A DNA stretch of 64,000 nucleotides, taken from Lachnospiraceae bacterium (GTDB taxonomy: Bacteria; Bacillota; Clostridia; Lachnospirales; Lachnospiraceae). The DNA lies in NCBI GenBank assembly GCA_017461045.1, contig JAFTZJ010000047.1:12218-76217 (forward strand), read 5' to 3'. This document shows, in pieces, positions 18,705 through 27,992 of this stretch (the stretch's first letter is position 1; every line of letters starts with the position of its first letter). A program made the translations under genes and the position numbers. The notes beneath the pieces are model-generated. The model searched no databases. It saw nothing but the letters and a program-made list of their open reading frames with translations, and was not told where the DNA came from.

Positions 18705-20246
18705 TCATTTATCCTCTTGCTGAAACCAGTCATCCCAGTTACTTTTCCTGCTTAAATGTGCCGGCTTAATGTCCCCCAGCCGCATTCCGTCTGCGGTCAT
18801 CCGTTTCAAATAATCCTGCTGTGGATTTCCGGAAACCAACCGAACCTCTGCCGACTGTAGCTGCCCCAAGCTTCTGCAATAATCATAATGATAGCTTGTA
18901 CGCAATGCCCGGTCCAAAGCCTCGTCCGTAACCGTCTGTGCCAAAGTGTACAGACAATACCGGTTTCCTTCCGGTGCAAGCAAATAGAAGGTATCCTGTA
19001 AGCCCAACTCTTCACCGATTTTTCGCAGGAATTCCTCCGTCAGTTTTTCTCCAAATAAGTCGCAGGTAATACCTTTTCGCCTTAAGAATCGTACTCTCGG
19101 TGGTGTATTTTCATATACCTCCAGTACCTCTATCATGTCTCCCAGACAATACCGGTAGAATCCTCCTCCGGTTGTAACAATTACCTCATAAACACCCTTC
19201 TGTAACTGATGGGTCAAATAAATCTGCTCATCCTCCACACTTCGAAATTCAAAGAAATGAGAATATAAGCTAAGCCTGCTGCCTTCCTCCCCCACAAGCG
19301 GGAAGGATACAAAACACTCTGTTGCAAGTAAGCCCTTAGGCTGAATGTATGTATTAGGAAAATATTCCCGTACCTGCTTGACAGAATCCGCTGCACTTCC
19401 GTCTGCCCAGCAGCTAATAATCTTAAGATGAGGAAATACCTGTTCCCACCGGTTATGACGAATAGCATCGGCAATACTTTTTCCGGATTCTCCTGCCGAT
19501 TGCTCCAATTCCGGCACTTGTGAAACAAGCTCCTCCACATGTTCTCTTATAAAATCACATAATATAGTTAAAAATGTAGGATTCCACACGGAAATCAATG
19601 TAAGCTCCTTACATCCCAGTAATTCCGTTGCTGTCCGCATATAAAAATCATCCATGTCAGACGAGAATTTTACCTTAGAAGAAACGGCAAATATCCGTTT
19701 CATAATTCCCTGTTCAAGTACTCCAAAGTACTCTGCATCTTCTTCAAAACCAATGGGAATTCCGGATTCCGTATAGCTTTTACCGGCTGTTACCGGTGTA
19801 ATGGACCAGTAGCTTTTTCCCTGACATACACCCTCAACTTTATTATAAATATCATATAGCCAAGGCTTAATTCCTTTTTGAAATTCCTGCTTCAAGGACT
19901 TGGTATAAGGAATCAGTTTCTTCCCGCTGGAGGAACCGCTGGTTAACTCTAACAGCATTACCGGCTCCTTCGTCAGAACCTTCTGTTTTCCTCCACAGAT
20001 GTCCTCAATATATGGTTCATAATCCTCATATACCGTTAAGGGCACCTGCTTTGCAAAGTCCTCATAGCTTCGTATCTCTCCGAATCCATATTTCTTTCCA
20101 TAATCCGTATCTGCATTCCGCCGGAGAAGTGCCAACAAATAATCCTCCTGTACCGATTTCGGATTACAGTCTGCCATAAAATGCCGATATTCATTTCCAT
20201 AGAATCCTTTGCAAATCTGATTACAAATCCGGCTTCCTACACTCAT
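18705..20246 (-). CDS. GH3-family (auxin-responsive GH3-like) adenylate-forming amido synthetase homologue
   Basis: 513 aa. YGKKYGFGEIRSYEDFAKQVPLTVYEDYEPYIE and the P-loop-like LELTSGSSSGKKLIPYT match the bacterial GH3 family pattern as I remember it. There is a 4-nt ATGA-type overlap with the upstream ORF. Confidence 0.75.
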   Translation of the reverse strand: MSVGSRICNQICKGFYGNEYRHFMADCNPKSVQEDYLLALLRRNADTDYGKKYGFGEIRSYEDFAKQVPLTVYEDYEPYIEDICGGKQKVLTKEPVMLLELTSGSSSGKKLIPYTKSLKQEFQKGIKPWLYDIYNKVEGVCQGKSYWSITPVTAGKSYTESGIPIGFEEDAEYFGVLEQGIMKRIFAVSSKVKFSSDMDDFYMRTATELLGCKELTLISVWNPTFLTILCDFIREHVEELVSQVPELEQSAGESGKSIADAIRHNRWEQVFPHLKIISCWADGSAADSVKQVREYFPNTYIQPKGLLATECFVSFPLVGEEGSRLSLYSHFFEFRSVEDEQIYLTHQLQKGVYEVIVTTGGGFYRYCLGDMIEVLEVYENTPPRVRFLRRKGITCDLFGEKLTEEFLRKIGEELGLQDTFYLLAPEGNRYCLYTLAQTVTDEALDRALRTSYHYDYCRSLGQLQSAEVRLVSGNPQQDYLKRMTADGMRLGDIKPAHLSRKSNWDDWFQQEDK

Positions 20247-20941
20247 CCAAATAACATCCCCAATACTGCCTTCTTCAACAGTTCTTTATCAATCTTTGCC
20301 ACGCAGGCCAAATCATTTCCATTCATATATTCCGGATTGCGTTCCACAAAATAAGCTACGTCCTTATTTTTCAACTCCCGCTCACCAATATCTGCTACGC
20401 CATCCTTTAATTTGTCTTTCACAGACCGGTATTCGATTACACCGGTTGCCGGATTGTATTCCTCCGGATACAATAAGGTGGCATAGGCATCTATAATCTT
20501 CTGCTCGTATTCCGGCGTTGCTGTTTTCCGGTTCGGATAAAACTCCGTCCAGAACAAAGGAAGAATCCGATAGGTCTTATATCCCTTGCAAATCAGGAAC
20601 CAATAGAACTCCTCATACTGCCGGGCATATTCAAACCAGAATCTTGCCCAGACTTTAAAAAGCTCAATATCTCCCCAGTAATCCTTATGAATAATCGTGT
20701 CACCGGAGAACATTCCATGAACGGTCTTCCCGTCTATATTCAAGTCTACTAACTTCTGTGTAGTAAATCCAACCAGACCTCCGGTGTCATGGTGCAAGAC
20801 CAGACAATAATCTTTTTCGAAAAAATCTCTTCGGAACACCTCTTCTTTGACATTGTCATAGAAGGTATTCATCAGCGTATACATTTCTGCAATCTCTGTT
20901 TCTGTATATTCTCCAATTGGTTTTATCTGACCTTTTAGCAT
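20243..20941 (-). CDS. Uncharacterised 232-aa protein (acyltransferase-like fold suspected, unverified)
   Basis: The start is taken at MLKGQIKP (ATG 20939-20941) after SD GGAGGTG; the track ORF extends to 20971. There are no TM segments. CLVLHHDTGGLVGFTTQ resembles a GNAT-type strand-turn, but I cannot assign a family. Confidence 0.4.
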   Translation of the reverse strand: MLKGQIKPIGEYTETEIAEMYTLMNTFYDNVKEEVFRRDFFEKDYCLVLHHDTGGLVGFTTQKLVDLNIDGKTVHGMFSGDTIIHKDYWGDIELFKVWARFWFEYARQYEEFYWFLICKGYKTYRILPLFWTEFYPNRKTATPEYEQKIIDAYATLLYPEEYNPATGVIEYRSVKDKLKDGVADIGERELKNKDVAYFVERNPEYMNGNDLACVAKIDKELLKKAVLGMLFG

Positions 20942-20998
20942 GTTTCCACCTCCGAATCCAACCTGCTCCAATAACTTTTCCGACCTTGCTGGTTCTAC

Positions 20999-22333
20999 TT
21001 ATTTTAATCCAAACTTCATACCCTGCTTCTTAAATACTTCCTTTCGAAATAATGGGTTATATACTAAATATGTTCCAAATCGATACGGGGTCCGCATATT
21101 GGTTCGCGGCTCCAATGCCCGTTTTACAATGGACATGGGACTATTAAATCTGCGTCTGCAATCAAAAGATATCTCCGTCAATTCATCCGGTGACATATTC
21201 TTTGGCAGAATACTGCAGTAGTTAAAACGATAGTCCTCATGCAACCACCATTTTCCATCGTATAACAGTCGTCCTTCCTGCTCCATCTTACGATATAACG
21301 GCGTATTCGGATAGGGCATCAAAATGTTAAATGCCGCAAAAGTAAACTTATTCCGGATTGCAAAATCGCAGGTTGCCTTAATAGACTCCATGGTGTCTCC
21401 GTCGTGTCCAACGGTAAAAGCCGCCCAGGTCTGCAAGCCCCACTTTCTTAACTGTTCAATCTCTTCGGCATACATTTCACCGGAACCCTTTTTATTGGTG
21501 TGCTTATTCATTTCCGAAATACATTCCGGAGAAATGGACTCAAATCCGATTACCAGTCCCAGACAACCGCTTTTCACCATCAGCTTCATCAATTCCGGAT
21601 CATTTAACATATCCATACTTCCCTGACTAACCCAGTGAATTTTCAATGGTATCAAGGCACGGAATAACTCCTTCGCTTTTTCCCGGTTACAGACAATATT
21701 GTCGTCCACGAAAAATAACAGTTTCCGTTTCTGAGCCTTGATTTCTGCCACTACATCTTCTACCGGACGGCAGTAATGATGTGCCTTAAAATATACCGAT
21801 GAGGCACAGAAACTGCAGCTATGGTTACAGCCTCTGGAAAACTGTAGTAAAGTAATTGGTAAATATCCCTTTCCCTCGAAAATATCCCGGCGGGTAATTA
21901 CATTTATCTGGGGGCATTCCGGCTGAACCGCATCATACCGTTTCTGAAGCGTTCCCGCTCTACAATCCTCTACCATTTCCTTCCAAACCGGTTCTGCGTC
22001 ACCTACGATAACACAATCGCAATGCTCTGCAACTTCCTCCGGTATCAGCATGGCATGCATGCCACCCATAACCGTTTTCACTCCCCGGCGACGAAACTCG
22101 GCACTAATTTCATAGGCCCGTCTTGCCGTAAAGGTCTCCACTGTAATCGCTACCAAATCTGTAGGTTCATCATAGGGAATTTCCTCCATACGGTCATCAT
22201 AGAGAACCACTTCCACATCCTCCGGTGTCAACGCTGCAAGGATTCCAAGCTGTAACGGCTCCATTCTTGCCTCATCAACATAAAGGCTGTGTTCCCGTCT
22301 TCCGATATTCGGTTTAATCAACGTCAGTTTCAT
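20999..22333 (-). CDS. B12-binding domain radical SAM protein (paralogue 3, subfamily A)
   Basis: 444 aa with cluster motif SRGCNHSCSFCA and C-terminal WWLHEDYRFNYCSILPKNMSPDEL. It overlaps paralogue 2 by 20 nt. Confidence 0.85.
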   Translation of the reverse strand: MKLTLIKPNIGRREHSLYVDEARMEPLQLGILAALTPEDVEVVLYDDRMEEIPYDEPTDLVAITVETFTARRAYEISAEFRRRGVKTVMGGMHAMLIPEEVAEHCDCVIVGDAEPVWKEMVEDCRAGTLQKRYDAVQPECPQINVITRRDIFEGKGYLPITLLQFSRGCNHSCSFCASSVYFKAHHYCRPVEDVVAEIKAQKRKLLFFVDDNIVCNREKAKELFRALIPLKIHWVSQGSMDMLNDPELMKLMVKSGCLGLVIGFESISPECISEMNKHTNKKGSGEMYAEEIEQLRKWGLQTWAAFTVGHDGDTMESIKATCDFAIRNKFTFAAFNILMPYPNTPLYRKMEQEGRLLYDGKWWLHEDYRFNYCSILPKNMSPDELTEISFDCRRRFNSPMSIVKRALEPRTNMRTPYRFGTYLVYNPLFRKEVFKKQGMKFGLK

Positions 22334-23633
22334 TCAATATTCCTCCAAGCATCTGTCCCTGTTTCGCATGGATTTCCTTTCGGGAAATCACATTTACCAA
22401 CAAGAACACCACAAAGTTCCAAGGCAGAAAATGAATCGGATTCGCAAAGAACCGCTTCAATACACATTTCGGCGAATAGAATTGTGTTCGAATCCGCAAG
22501 CATCCATCCCGTAATTCCTCCGGTGTCATGTTCCTCGGCTGATACGCCGTCTCTCCATAACGATACCGGTCGGACAACCACCACTTCTTATATAACAACC
22601 GACCTTCCTGCTCCATGCGGTCATATACCGGTGTCCCCGGCATAGGAATCAGCGGATTAAAATTCGTCACTGCCAAATGATTCCGCACAGCGAATTCAAA
22701 GGTTTTATCAAATACTTCTTTATCATCATGGTCATAACCAAATACAAAGGTTCCGTAAATCAACATCTTATGACGGTAAATTCTCTGAATCACTTCATCA
22801 TAATTCCCCGCCGCCTTATTCGCCGATTTTTTCATAGTTGTAAGGCTCTCCGGATTCAGGCTCTCGAAGCCCAACAATACCAGAAAACAACCGGATTTCT
22901 TCATTTCTGCTAACAGCTCATCATCCTGTGCCACATCCATACTAATCTGGCAAGCCCATTTTTTCTTAAGAGGCGCCATCTTACGGAACAGTTCAATAGC
23001 AGACTGACGGTCATAGAATAAATTATCATCTACAAAGAAAATGATTTTTTCCTTAGCCTGACTTAATTCCTGCACCACATCCTCTGCCGACTTTCTACGA
23101 ACCTGCTTGTACATGGTCTTAATGGAACAAAAGTCACAATTGAACTTACACCCTCTGGAAATCTGATAAACACCAATGCCATAATATTTATGCTTATAAA
23201 CACTCTTATCCTCTACTAAGGCTTTTAACTCACCGGATTCCCCGGAGATATATTGTGGCTTTGGATTTCCCTTTTCACAATCTCTTAAAAATGGTTCCCA
23301 GGTATCTTCCGCATCTCCCACAATAACAGAGTCAGCATACTGCAAGCACTCCTCCGGCATAACCGTTGGGTGAAATCCACCCATAACAATAATGTTATGT
23401 TCCGTCTTATACTTCTTCGCCAGAATGTAAGCCCGTTTTGCCGTATAAGTCTCCACCGAAAACGCAATAACATCGGAGTCAATTTTCTCCGGTAATTTCT
23501 CCGCCCGCTCGTCGATAAATTCAATCTCGAATTCCTTCGGCGTTAAACTCTTTATAATGCCGAACAACAACGGCTTCATAGCGTCTGAGCTGATGTGTTC
23601 GAACATATTTAATCGAATAAATGTAATTTTCAA
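22314..23633 (-). CDS. B12-binding domain radical SAM protein (paralogue 2, subfamily A)
   Basis: 439 aa with cluster motif SRGCKFNCDFCS and C-terminal WWLSDRYRYGETAYQPRNMTPEEL. It has an ATGA overlap with paralogue 1. Confidence 0.85.
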   Translation of the reverse strand: MKITFIRLNMFEHISSDAMKPLLFGIIKSLTPKEFEIEFIDERAEKLPEKIDSDVIAFSVETYTAKRAYILAKKYKTEHNIIVMGGFHPTVMPEECLQYADSVIVGDAEDTWEPFLRDCEKGNPKPQYISGESGELKALVEDKSVYKHKYYGIGVYQISRGCKFNCDFCSIKTMYKQVRRKSAEDVVQELSQAKEKIIFFVDDNLFYDRQSAIELFRKMAPLKKKWACQISMDVAQDDELLAEMKKSGCFLVLLGFESLNPESLTTMKKSANKAAGNYDEVIQRIYRHKMLIYGTFVFGYDHDDKEVFDKTFEFAVRNHLAVTNFNPLIPMPGTPVYDRMEQEGRLLYKKWWLSDRYRYGETAYQPRNMTPEELRDGCLRIRTQFYSPKCVLKRFFANPIHFLPWNFVVFLLVNVISRKEIHAKQGQMLGGILNETDVD

Positions 23634-24931
23634 TGCTTATATCCCTTATCAATTCCTAAAAACTTAAATCCAATATTTGCTCCCAACAGAATGAACACAT
23701 AGAAATTCTTCCGCCAAGGAGAGGAAAATGTCCGTTTCAAAACCCGCTTCCAGCTAAAGGCTTCCTTCCATACTTTACGGTAGATTTCATCTAACCGCTC
23801 CGGAGACATATTCACCGGCTGAAATACTGTATGGTGCTGATTATACCGGCTCCAATCGTGAGTAATAATGCGTCCTGCTGCCTCATATTCCTGATAGAAT
23901 CTGGTTCCCGGATATGGTGTCAGAATTGCAAACCGGCACAAGTCCAATCCCAGATTCGTTACCCGATCCGGAAGCGACAACAGTTCTTCTTCTATATCTT
24001 GGTCAAAGCCTAATACAAAACAACCATTTACCGCAATTCCATGCTGATGAAGATTATCAATAATCTCTACATACTTATCTGCATCATGAAACCGCTTTGC
24101 TGCTTTGGTTAGGGACTGACTGTTTACGGACTCTAATCCAATTAGTACACCTCGGCAACCACTCTCATATGCCGCCTGCATCAGTTCATGGTCATATCCA
24201 AAATCCGCCGTAGCATTGGACGCCCATAGAATCTTCAGAGGCTTCATAGCCTCCATCAGTTCCAGTGCATACTCTCGATTTCCAAAGAAATTCGGATCGT
24301 AGAATATTACCATCTTGGACTTTAATTCTTTCAATTCCGCAATTACATTTTCTACCGGGCGAGGATTGCTGTTCCACATAGTTCGCATGGAACAGTATTT
24401 ACAACAATTATCACAACCTCGGTTTGCAACAATTGCCGGAATCTTCAGCTTCTTTCGCTTCGTAATCTTGTCTCTTGCCGGAATCGGAAATTCCGCCGCA
24501 CAGACATCATAATTTTTATATCGCTTCTCAGGCTTGCCTTCCTTGAAATCCTTAATAAATTGCGGAATGGATATCTCTGCCGGTCCGATAATTACCGTAT
24601 CACAATGCTCTGCAACCTCATCCGGCAGGGCTGTTGCATGATAGCCGCCACATACTACATATGCACCACGAGCTTTGAATTCCTTACAATGCTTATATGC
24701 CGTAAAGCTGGATGATGTCTCAAAAGAAATCATCACCAGGTCATAATGCTCTTTATCATATTGTACAATCTGGGAATTTTCATCAACCACATCGATTTGT
24801 TCAAATACACCCTCCGGAATTAAGGAATACAATGTAGCAAGAGTTAAAGAAGGATAAGAAAGTAGACTTGAAAATTTACCTCTATAAGAATTCTCATTTT
24901 CGTTCCATGCATGTAACATTAGTAGCTTCAT
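23630..24931 (-). CDS. B12-binding domain radical SAM protein (paralogue 1, subfamily B); first gene of the operon
   Basis: 433 aa with cluster motif NRGCDNCCKYCS, plus IPQFI and HTVFQPVNMSPERL. SD GGGGGA lies 7 nt upstream of the ATG. Confidence 0.85.
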   Translation of the reverse strand: MKLLMLHAWNENENSYRGKFSSLLSYPSLTLATLYSLIPEGVFEQIDVVDENSQIVQYDKEHYDLVMISFETSSSFTAYKHCKEFKARGAYVVCGGYHATALPDEVAEHCDTVIIGPAEISIPQFIKDFKEGKPEKRYKNYDVCAAEFPIPARDKITKRKKLKIPAIVANRGCDNCCKYCSMRTMWNSNPRPVENVIAELKELKSKMVIFYDPNFFGNREYALELMEAMKPLKILWASNATADFGYDHELMQAAYESGCRGVLIGLESVNSQSLTKAAKRFHDADKYVEIIDNLHQHGIAVNGCFVLGFDQDIEEELLSLPDRVTNLGLDLCRFAILTPYPGTRFYQEYEAAGRIITHDWSRYNQHHTVFQPVNMSPERLDEIYRKVWKEAFSWKRVLKRTFSSPWRKNFYVFILLGANIGFKFLGIDKGYKH

Positions 24932-24979
24932 AATTTATCCCCCGCGTTTGTTCCTTTTATCATAAAGTACTTATTAGTT

Positions 24980-25008
24980 ATCATAGCATAGTTCGGAAGT
25001 TCCCTCAA
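24980..25008 (-). promoter_or_regulatory. Putative promoter of the radical SAM operon
   Basis: The minus strand reads TTGAGG, a 17-nt spacer, then TATGAT with TG at -15/-14. It sits about 50 nt upstream of the first ATG. Confidence 0.3.
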
Positions 25009-25030
25009 CTTTTTGTATATAGAAACGCAC

Positions 25031-25115
25031 GGCTCATCATTATATAATTTGCCCCCTCGCGACTTCGTCGCTCGGCTCATCATTATATAATTTGCCCCTC
25101 GCGACTTCGTCGCTC
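25031..25115. repeat. Tandem direct repeat, two units (43 and 42 nt)
   Basis: GGCTCATCATTATATAATTTGCCCC(C)TCGCGACTTCGTCGCTC occurs twice back-to-back, and the units differ by one C. Each unit carries a GCGAC-TTC-GTCGC mini-hairpin. Confidence 0.9.
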
Positions 25116-25121
25116 GGTGAT

Positions 25122-25232
25122 GCGAAGTTCGCCACATGGAACCGCAAGCGCTTCCATGCTTTCCCACAGGACGAAACAAGCACTTTTTCATGCCAGCATG
25201 AAAGTGCCTGTTTTCGCCCTGTGGCGAACTTC
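25122..25232 (-). other. Structured element: 13-bp closing inverted repeat enclosing two hairpins
   Basis: GAAGTTCGCCACA (25124-25136) pairs with TGTGGCGAACTTC (25220-25232). Inside are CATGGAA/TTCCATG (25135-25158) and a long imperfect hairpin (25164-25192 / 25197-25224). The mismatches in the long hairpin become G-U pairs only on the minus-strand RNA. Confidence 0.6.
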
Positions 25233-25324
25233 TTGTCGCTTACGTGTCCGCACGGCTCATTTTTATGCAAAATAAAAGCCCCAACCCAACAGCTCTTACG
25301 TCTGTCAAACTAGGACCTTTTCAG

Positions 25325-25397
25325 TGCGCCTCCGGGGGCTCGAACCCCGCACACCCTGATTAAGAGTCAGGTGCTCTACCAAATGAGCTAGAGGCGC
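25325..25397 (-). tRNA. tRNA-Lys (anticodon CTT)
   Basis: Hand-folded 73-nt cloverleaf. Acceptor GCGCCTC/GAGGCGC, anticodon stem CCTGA/TCAGG with loop CTCTTAA, T-arm CGGGG-TTCGAGC-CCCCG. Confidence 0.85.
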
Positions 25398-25440
25398 GTA
25401 TTCAGTTTGTTGCTTGTTCTTCACTCACAACGCAAGATTG

Positions 25441-25469
25441 ATTATAACCCAGCAAAAAACAAATTGCAA
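25441..25469 (-). promoter_or_regulatory. Promoter for tRNA-Lys
   Basis: The minus strand reads TTGCAA, a 17-nt spacer, then TATAAT, about 45 nt upstream of the tRNA 5' end. Confidence 0.55.
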
Positions 25470-25580
25470 GCACTTTTTTCAATTTTTTTAATTTTTTGCC
25501 AAATTCTGCAAATTCCTTTGATTTTTCTAGGTTTTTCTGCTGTTTAACAACTTGCTAATAAACAGTATTTCCAAATAATC

Positions 25581-25610
25581 TAAAAATATTCCGCCCTTTT
25601 AGGCGGAATA
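25581..25610 (-). terminator. Terminator after trmB
   Basis: Stem TATTCCGCC / GGCGGAATA, followed by TTTTTA on the minus strand. Confidence 0.65.
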
Positions 25611-25621
25611 CTTATCTTTTA

Positions 25622-26266
25622 CTATTTCATTTCACGATTAGCTACTAAACGATGGATTGGTTTTCCTTCGGCTACGAATTTTGTTTCGTATTCCGTCATG
25701 ATATTTCCTTCTACGAATTCGCTGTTGTGCAAATCATAGGTACAATTCACCATGTTCCATCCAGCTTCCGGCACCTGCTCTACGGAAAAATCAAACAAGT
25801 CCCGATTATCCGTCTTGAAGATTACCACTCCATCCGGTATTAAAATCTGATTATAACGAGCCAGAAACTCCTTAGAGGTTAACCGACGTTTTGCGTGCCG
25901 GTCCTTTGGCCACGGATCAGAAAAGTTCAAATATATCTGAGCCACCTCATCCTTCGCAAAAACATCTGCGATGTATTCTGCTTCCATGCGGATAAAATAC
26001 AAGTTTGGCAACTGTAATTCTTCCTGCTTGGCGATGGCACGAATTAACACGCTGGAGTATTTCTCAATTCCTACATAATTAATATGAGGATTCTGTTGTG
26101 CCAGTGTGGTGATGAATTGCCCTTTTCCCATTCCGATTTCTATATGGATAGGATTATCGTTACCAAACACCTGATTCCAAGTGCCTTTGTACTCAGTTTC
26201 GTTTTTAATTACATAATCATTGGCTGCGATGGTTTCTCGCGAGCCTCTTACATTTCTTAGCCGCAT
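25622..26266 (-). CDS. trmB: tRNA (guanine46-N7)-methyltransferase
   Basis: 214 aa with IEIGMGKGQF (SAM-binding), NFSDPWPK and the typical TrmB length. Confidence 0.9.
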   Translation of the reverse strand: MRLRNVRGSRETIAANDYVIKNETEYKGTWNQVFGNDNPIHIEIGMGKGQFITTLAQQNPHINYVGIEKYSSVLIRAIAKQEELQLPNLYFIRMEAEYIADVFAKDEVAQIYLNFSDPWPKDRHAKRRLTSKEFLARYNQILIPDGVVIFKTDNRDLFDFSVEQVPEAGWNMVNCTYDLHNSEFVEGNIMTEYETKFVAEGKPIHRLVANREMK

Positions 26267-26300
26267 ATCGTTTCCTTGTCATAATTTATTGTCATTCAGA

Positions 26301-27992
26301 TTAGTCTAATTGGAAGGCTCCTACAGTTTCTACAATACCATCTGCAATGCCCTTTAATGCTTCTGCTGCCTCTGTTACATCATTGAAGCTGTTTGCAACT
26401 TCTGTGGTTGCTGCTGACGTTTCTTCTGTACTTGCAGCATTTTCTTCTGCAATAGCACTTAGGTTTTCAACTAATTCGATAATTTCTTCTTTCGCAATAT
26501 TCAACTGATTACTCTGTTGTTCAATTGAAGAAATAGCCATAATAGATTCTTCAATACTCTGAATTACTTCATCTACAATTCGCTCGGTTTCTTCTACGTT
26601 CTTACTCTGCTCTAATACGATTCCCTGTACACGCTGCATGGTTTCTACTGCCATATTCGAATCATAAATCAATTCACTAATCATATCTGCAATGGCACTT
26701 GTAGATGTACCGGACTGCTCTGCCAAACGCTGAATCTGATTTGCTACTACTGCGAAACCACGACCCTGCTCGCCTGCACGTGCAGCTTCAATAGAAGCGT
26801 TCAATGATAACAAGTTCGTTTCGTCTGAAATGCTACTAATAATGTTTGTTACTTCTTTAATCTTAAGGGAAGACTCATTGGTACGATTGGTCTGCTGATA
26901 AATCTGATCAATCGCTGCCATAACCTCATCATTTACCTGCTTTAATTCATGTAAAGACTGGGTTGCCTGACTACTTGCATCCTTCATCATCTGTGCATTG
27001 TTCAACAAGTGCTCGATTTCCGAATTGGTTGCTGCTAACATTTCACCCATCATGGTTACATTCTCTGTGGTACGAACTGCATCTTTTGCCTGTGCATTTG
27101 CACCATCTGCAATTTCATTTACTGCACGCTCAACATGGTCTACAGTATTCAATGTTTCCTGTGCATTATTATCCAATGTATCTGCAGAACTTAAGAGGGA
27201 TTGTGCATGACTGTTCAAGTCACCAATGATGTAACGTAACTCATCCTTCATGCCATTTACTGCACGGCAAAGTTCTCCGATTACATCATTTCTGTCCATA
27301 TACTTTGAATCAATTTCTACTGCTAACTGACCGGCTGCAACTGCTTTTACTGCTTGTGTTCCGGCTTCAATTGCCCGACTGATATTACCTGCTGATACAC
27401 TTGCTACAATAATGAAAATGATAAAGCTCAAGATTACTGCTGTTACAATAATTACCAAAATGGTATTATACAAAAGATTTTCCTGTGCTACCGGTGAAGC
27501 AGCAAATACAATACCGATTATTTCATCACTGTTATACTGGTAAACTGGAGCATAGTATCCATAATATTTCTCTTCGTTAATTTCAATATTCTTTAAGAAA
27601 AGTGTTTCTCCGCCTAGTACCTTTTCGGCAATTTCTTTATCAATCTCCAAACCTAACACTCTTCTTCCCTCTGCATCCACAATGGATGTCATGATTTCAC
27701 GGGAACCAAAGTAAAATGTTACGTCTACACCGGAATTTGCCTTAATTCCGTCTACCAGTGCTTCCGACTCATTAATCTTATAAGCGCCCTTGTAAATAGC
27801 GCCGGTCATGTTTTGAGAGTACTCTCCTACGTTCTGGTCATATGCTGCGATATAGGCCGCCGCAATACCTTTCAAATTCATCTCGATATCATCTGTCAAA
27901 CGACTTTTAATTACTGTCACGGTTAGTAACAAAATCGCAATACCCATTACTAAAATCGGCATAATTGACAGCCTCATAATTCTAGCTTTCAT
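26301..27992 (-). CDS. Methyl-accepting chemotaxis protein
   Basis: 563 aa. Layout is TM, a roughly 170-aa extracellular sensor, TM, HAMP, then the MCP signalling domain ([27 protein letters not shown]). Confidence 0.9.
   Translation of the reverse strand: MKARIMRLSIMPILVMGIAILLLTVTVIKSRLTDDIEMNLKGIAAAYIAAYDQNVGEYSQNMTGAIYKGAYKINESEALVDGIKANSGVDVTFYFGSREIMTSIVDAEGRRVLGLEIDKEIAEKVLGGETLFLKNIEINEEKYYGYYAPVYQYNSDEIIGIVFAASPVAQENLLYNTILVIIVTAVILSFIIFIIVASVSAGNISRAIEAGTQAVKAVAAGQLAVEIDSKYMDRNDVIGELCRAVNGMKDELRYIIGDLNSHAQSLLSSADTLDNNAQETLNTVDHVERAVNEIADGANAQAKDAVRTTENVTMMGEMLAATNSEIEHLLNNAQMMKDASSQATQSLHELKQVNDEVMAAIDQIYQQTNRTNESSLKIKEVTNIISSISDETNLLSLNASIEAARAGEQGRGFAVVANQIQRLAEQSGTSTSAIADMISELIYDSNMAVETMQRVQGIVLEQSKNVEETERIVDEVIQSIEESIMAISSIEQQSNQLNIAKEEIIELVENLSAIAEENAASTEETSAATTEVANSFNDVTEAAEALKGIADGIVETVGAFQLD

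Noticed and set aside
25031-25115. The tandem repeats were considered as a CRISPR array.
   Set aside because: There are only two directly abutting units with no spacers, and no cas genes in the window.
24928-25191. An 87-aa minus-strand ORF (MKKCLFRPVGKHGSAC...) ends in an ATGA overlap with the first radical SAM gene. It was considered as a possible RiPP precursor peptide.
   Set aside because: There is no SD before its ATG. It runs straight through the two tandem DNA repeats in two different reading frames (43-nt versus 42-nt units). It also overlaps the predicted promoter, the structured element and the real SD of the downstream gene. Its basic, low-complexity composition looks like translated non-coding repeat. 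Peptidomics or conservation analysis could still overturn this.
24932-25324. A cobalamin riboswitch in front of the B12-dependent radical SAM operon.
   Set aside because: I read both strands for the conserved B12-box and surrounding GCCACTG-type core, and for SAM-I hallmarks, and found neither. The structure present does not resemble those aptamers. A covariance-model scan would be the decisive test.
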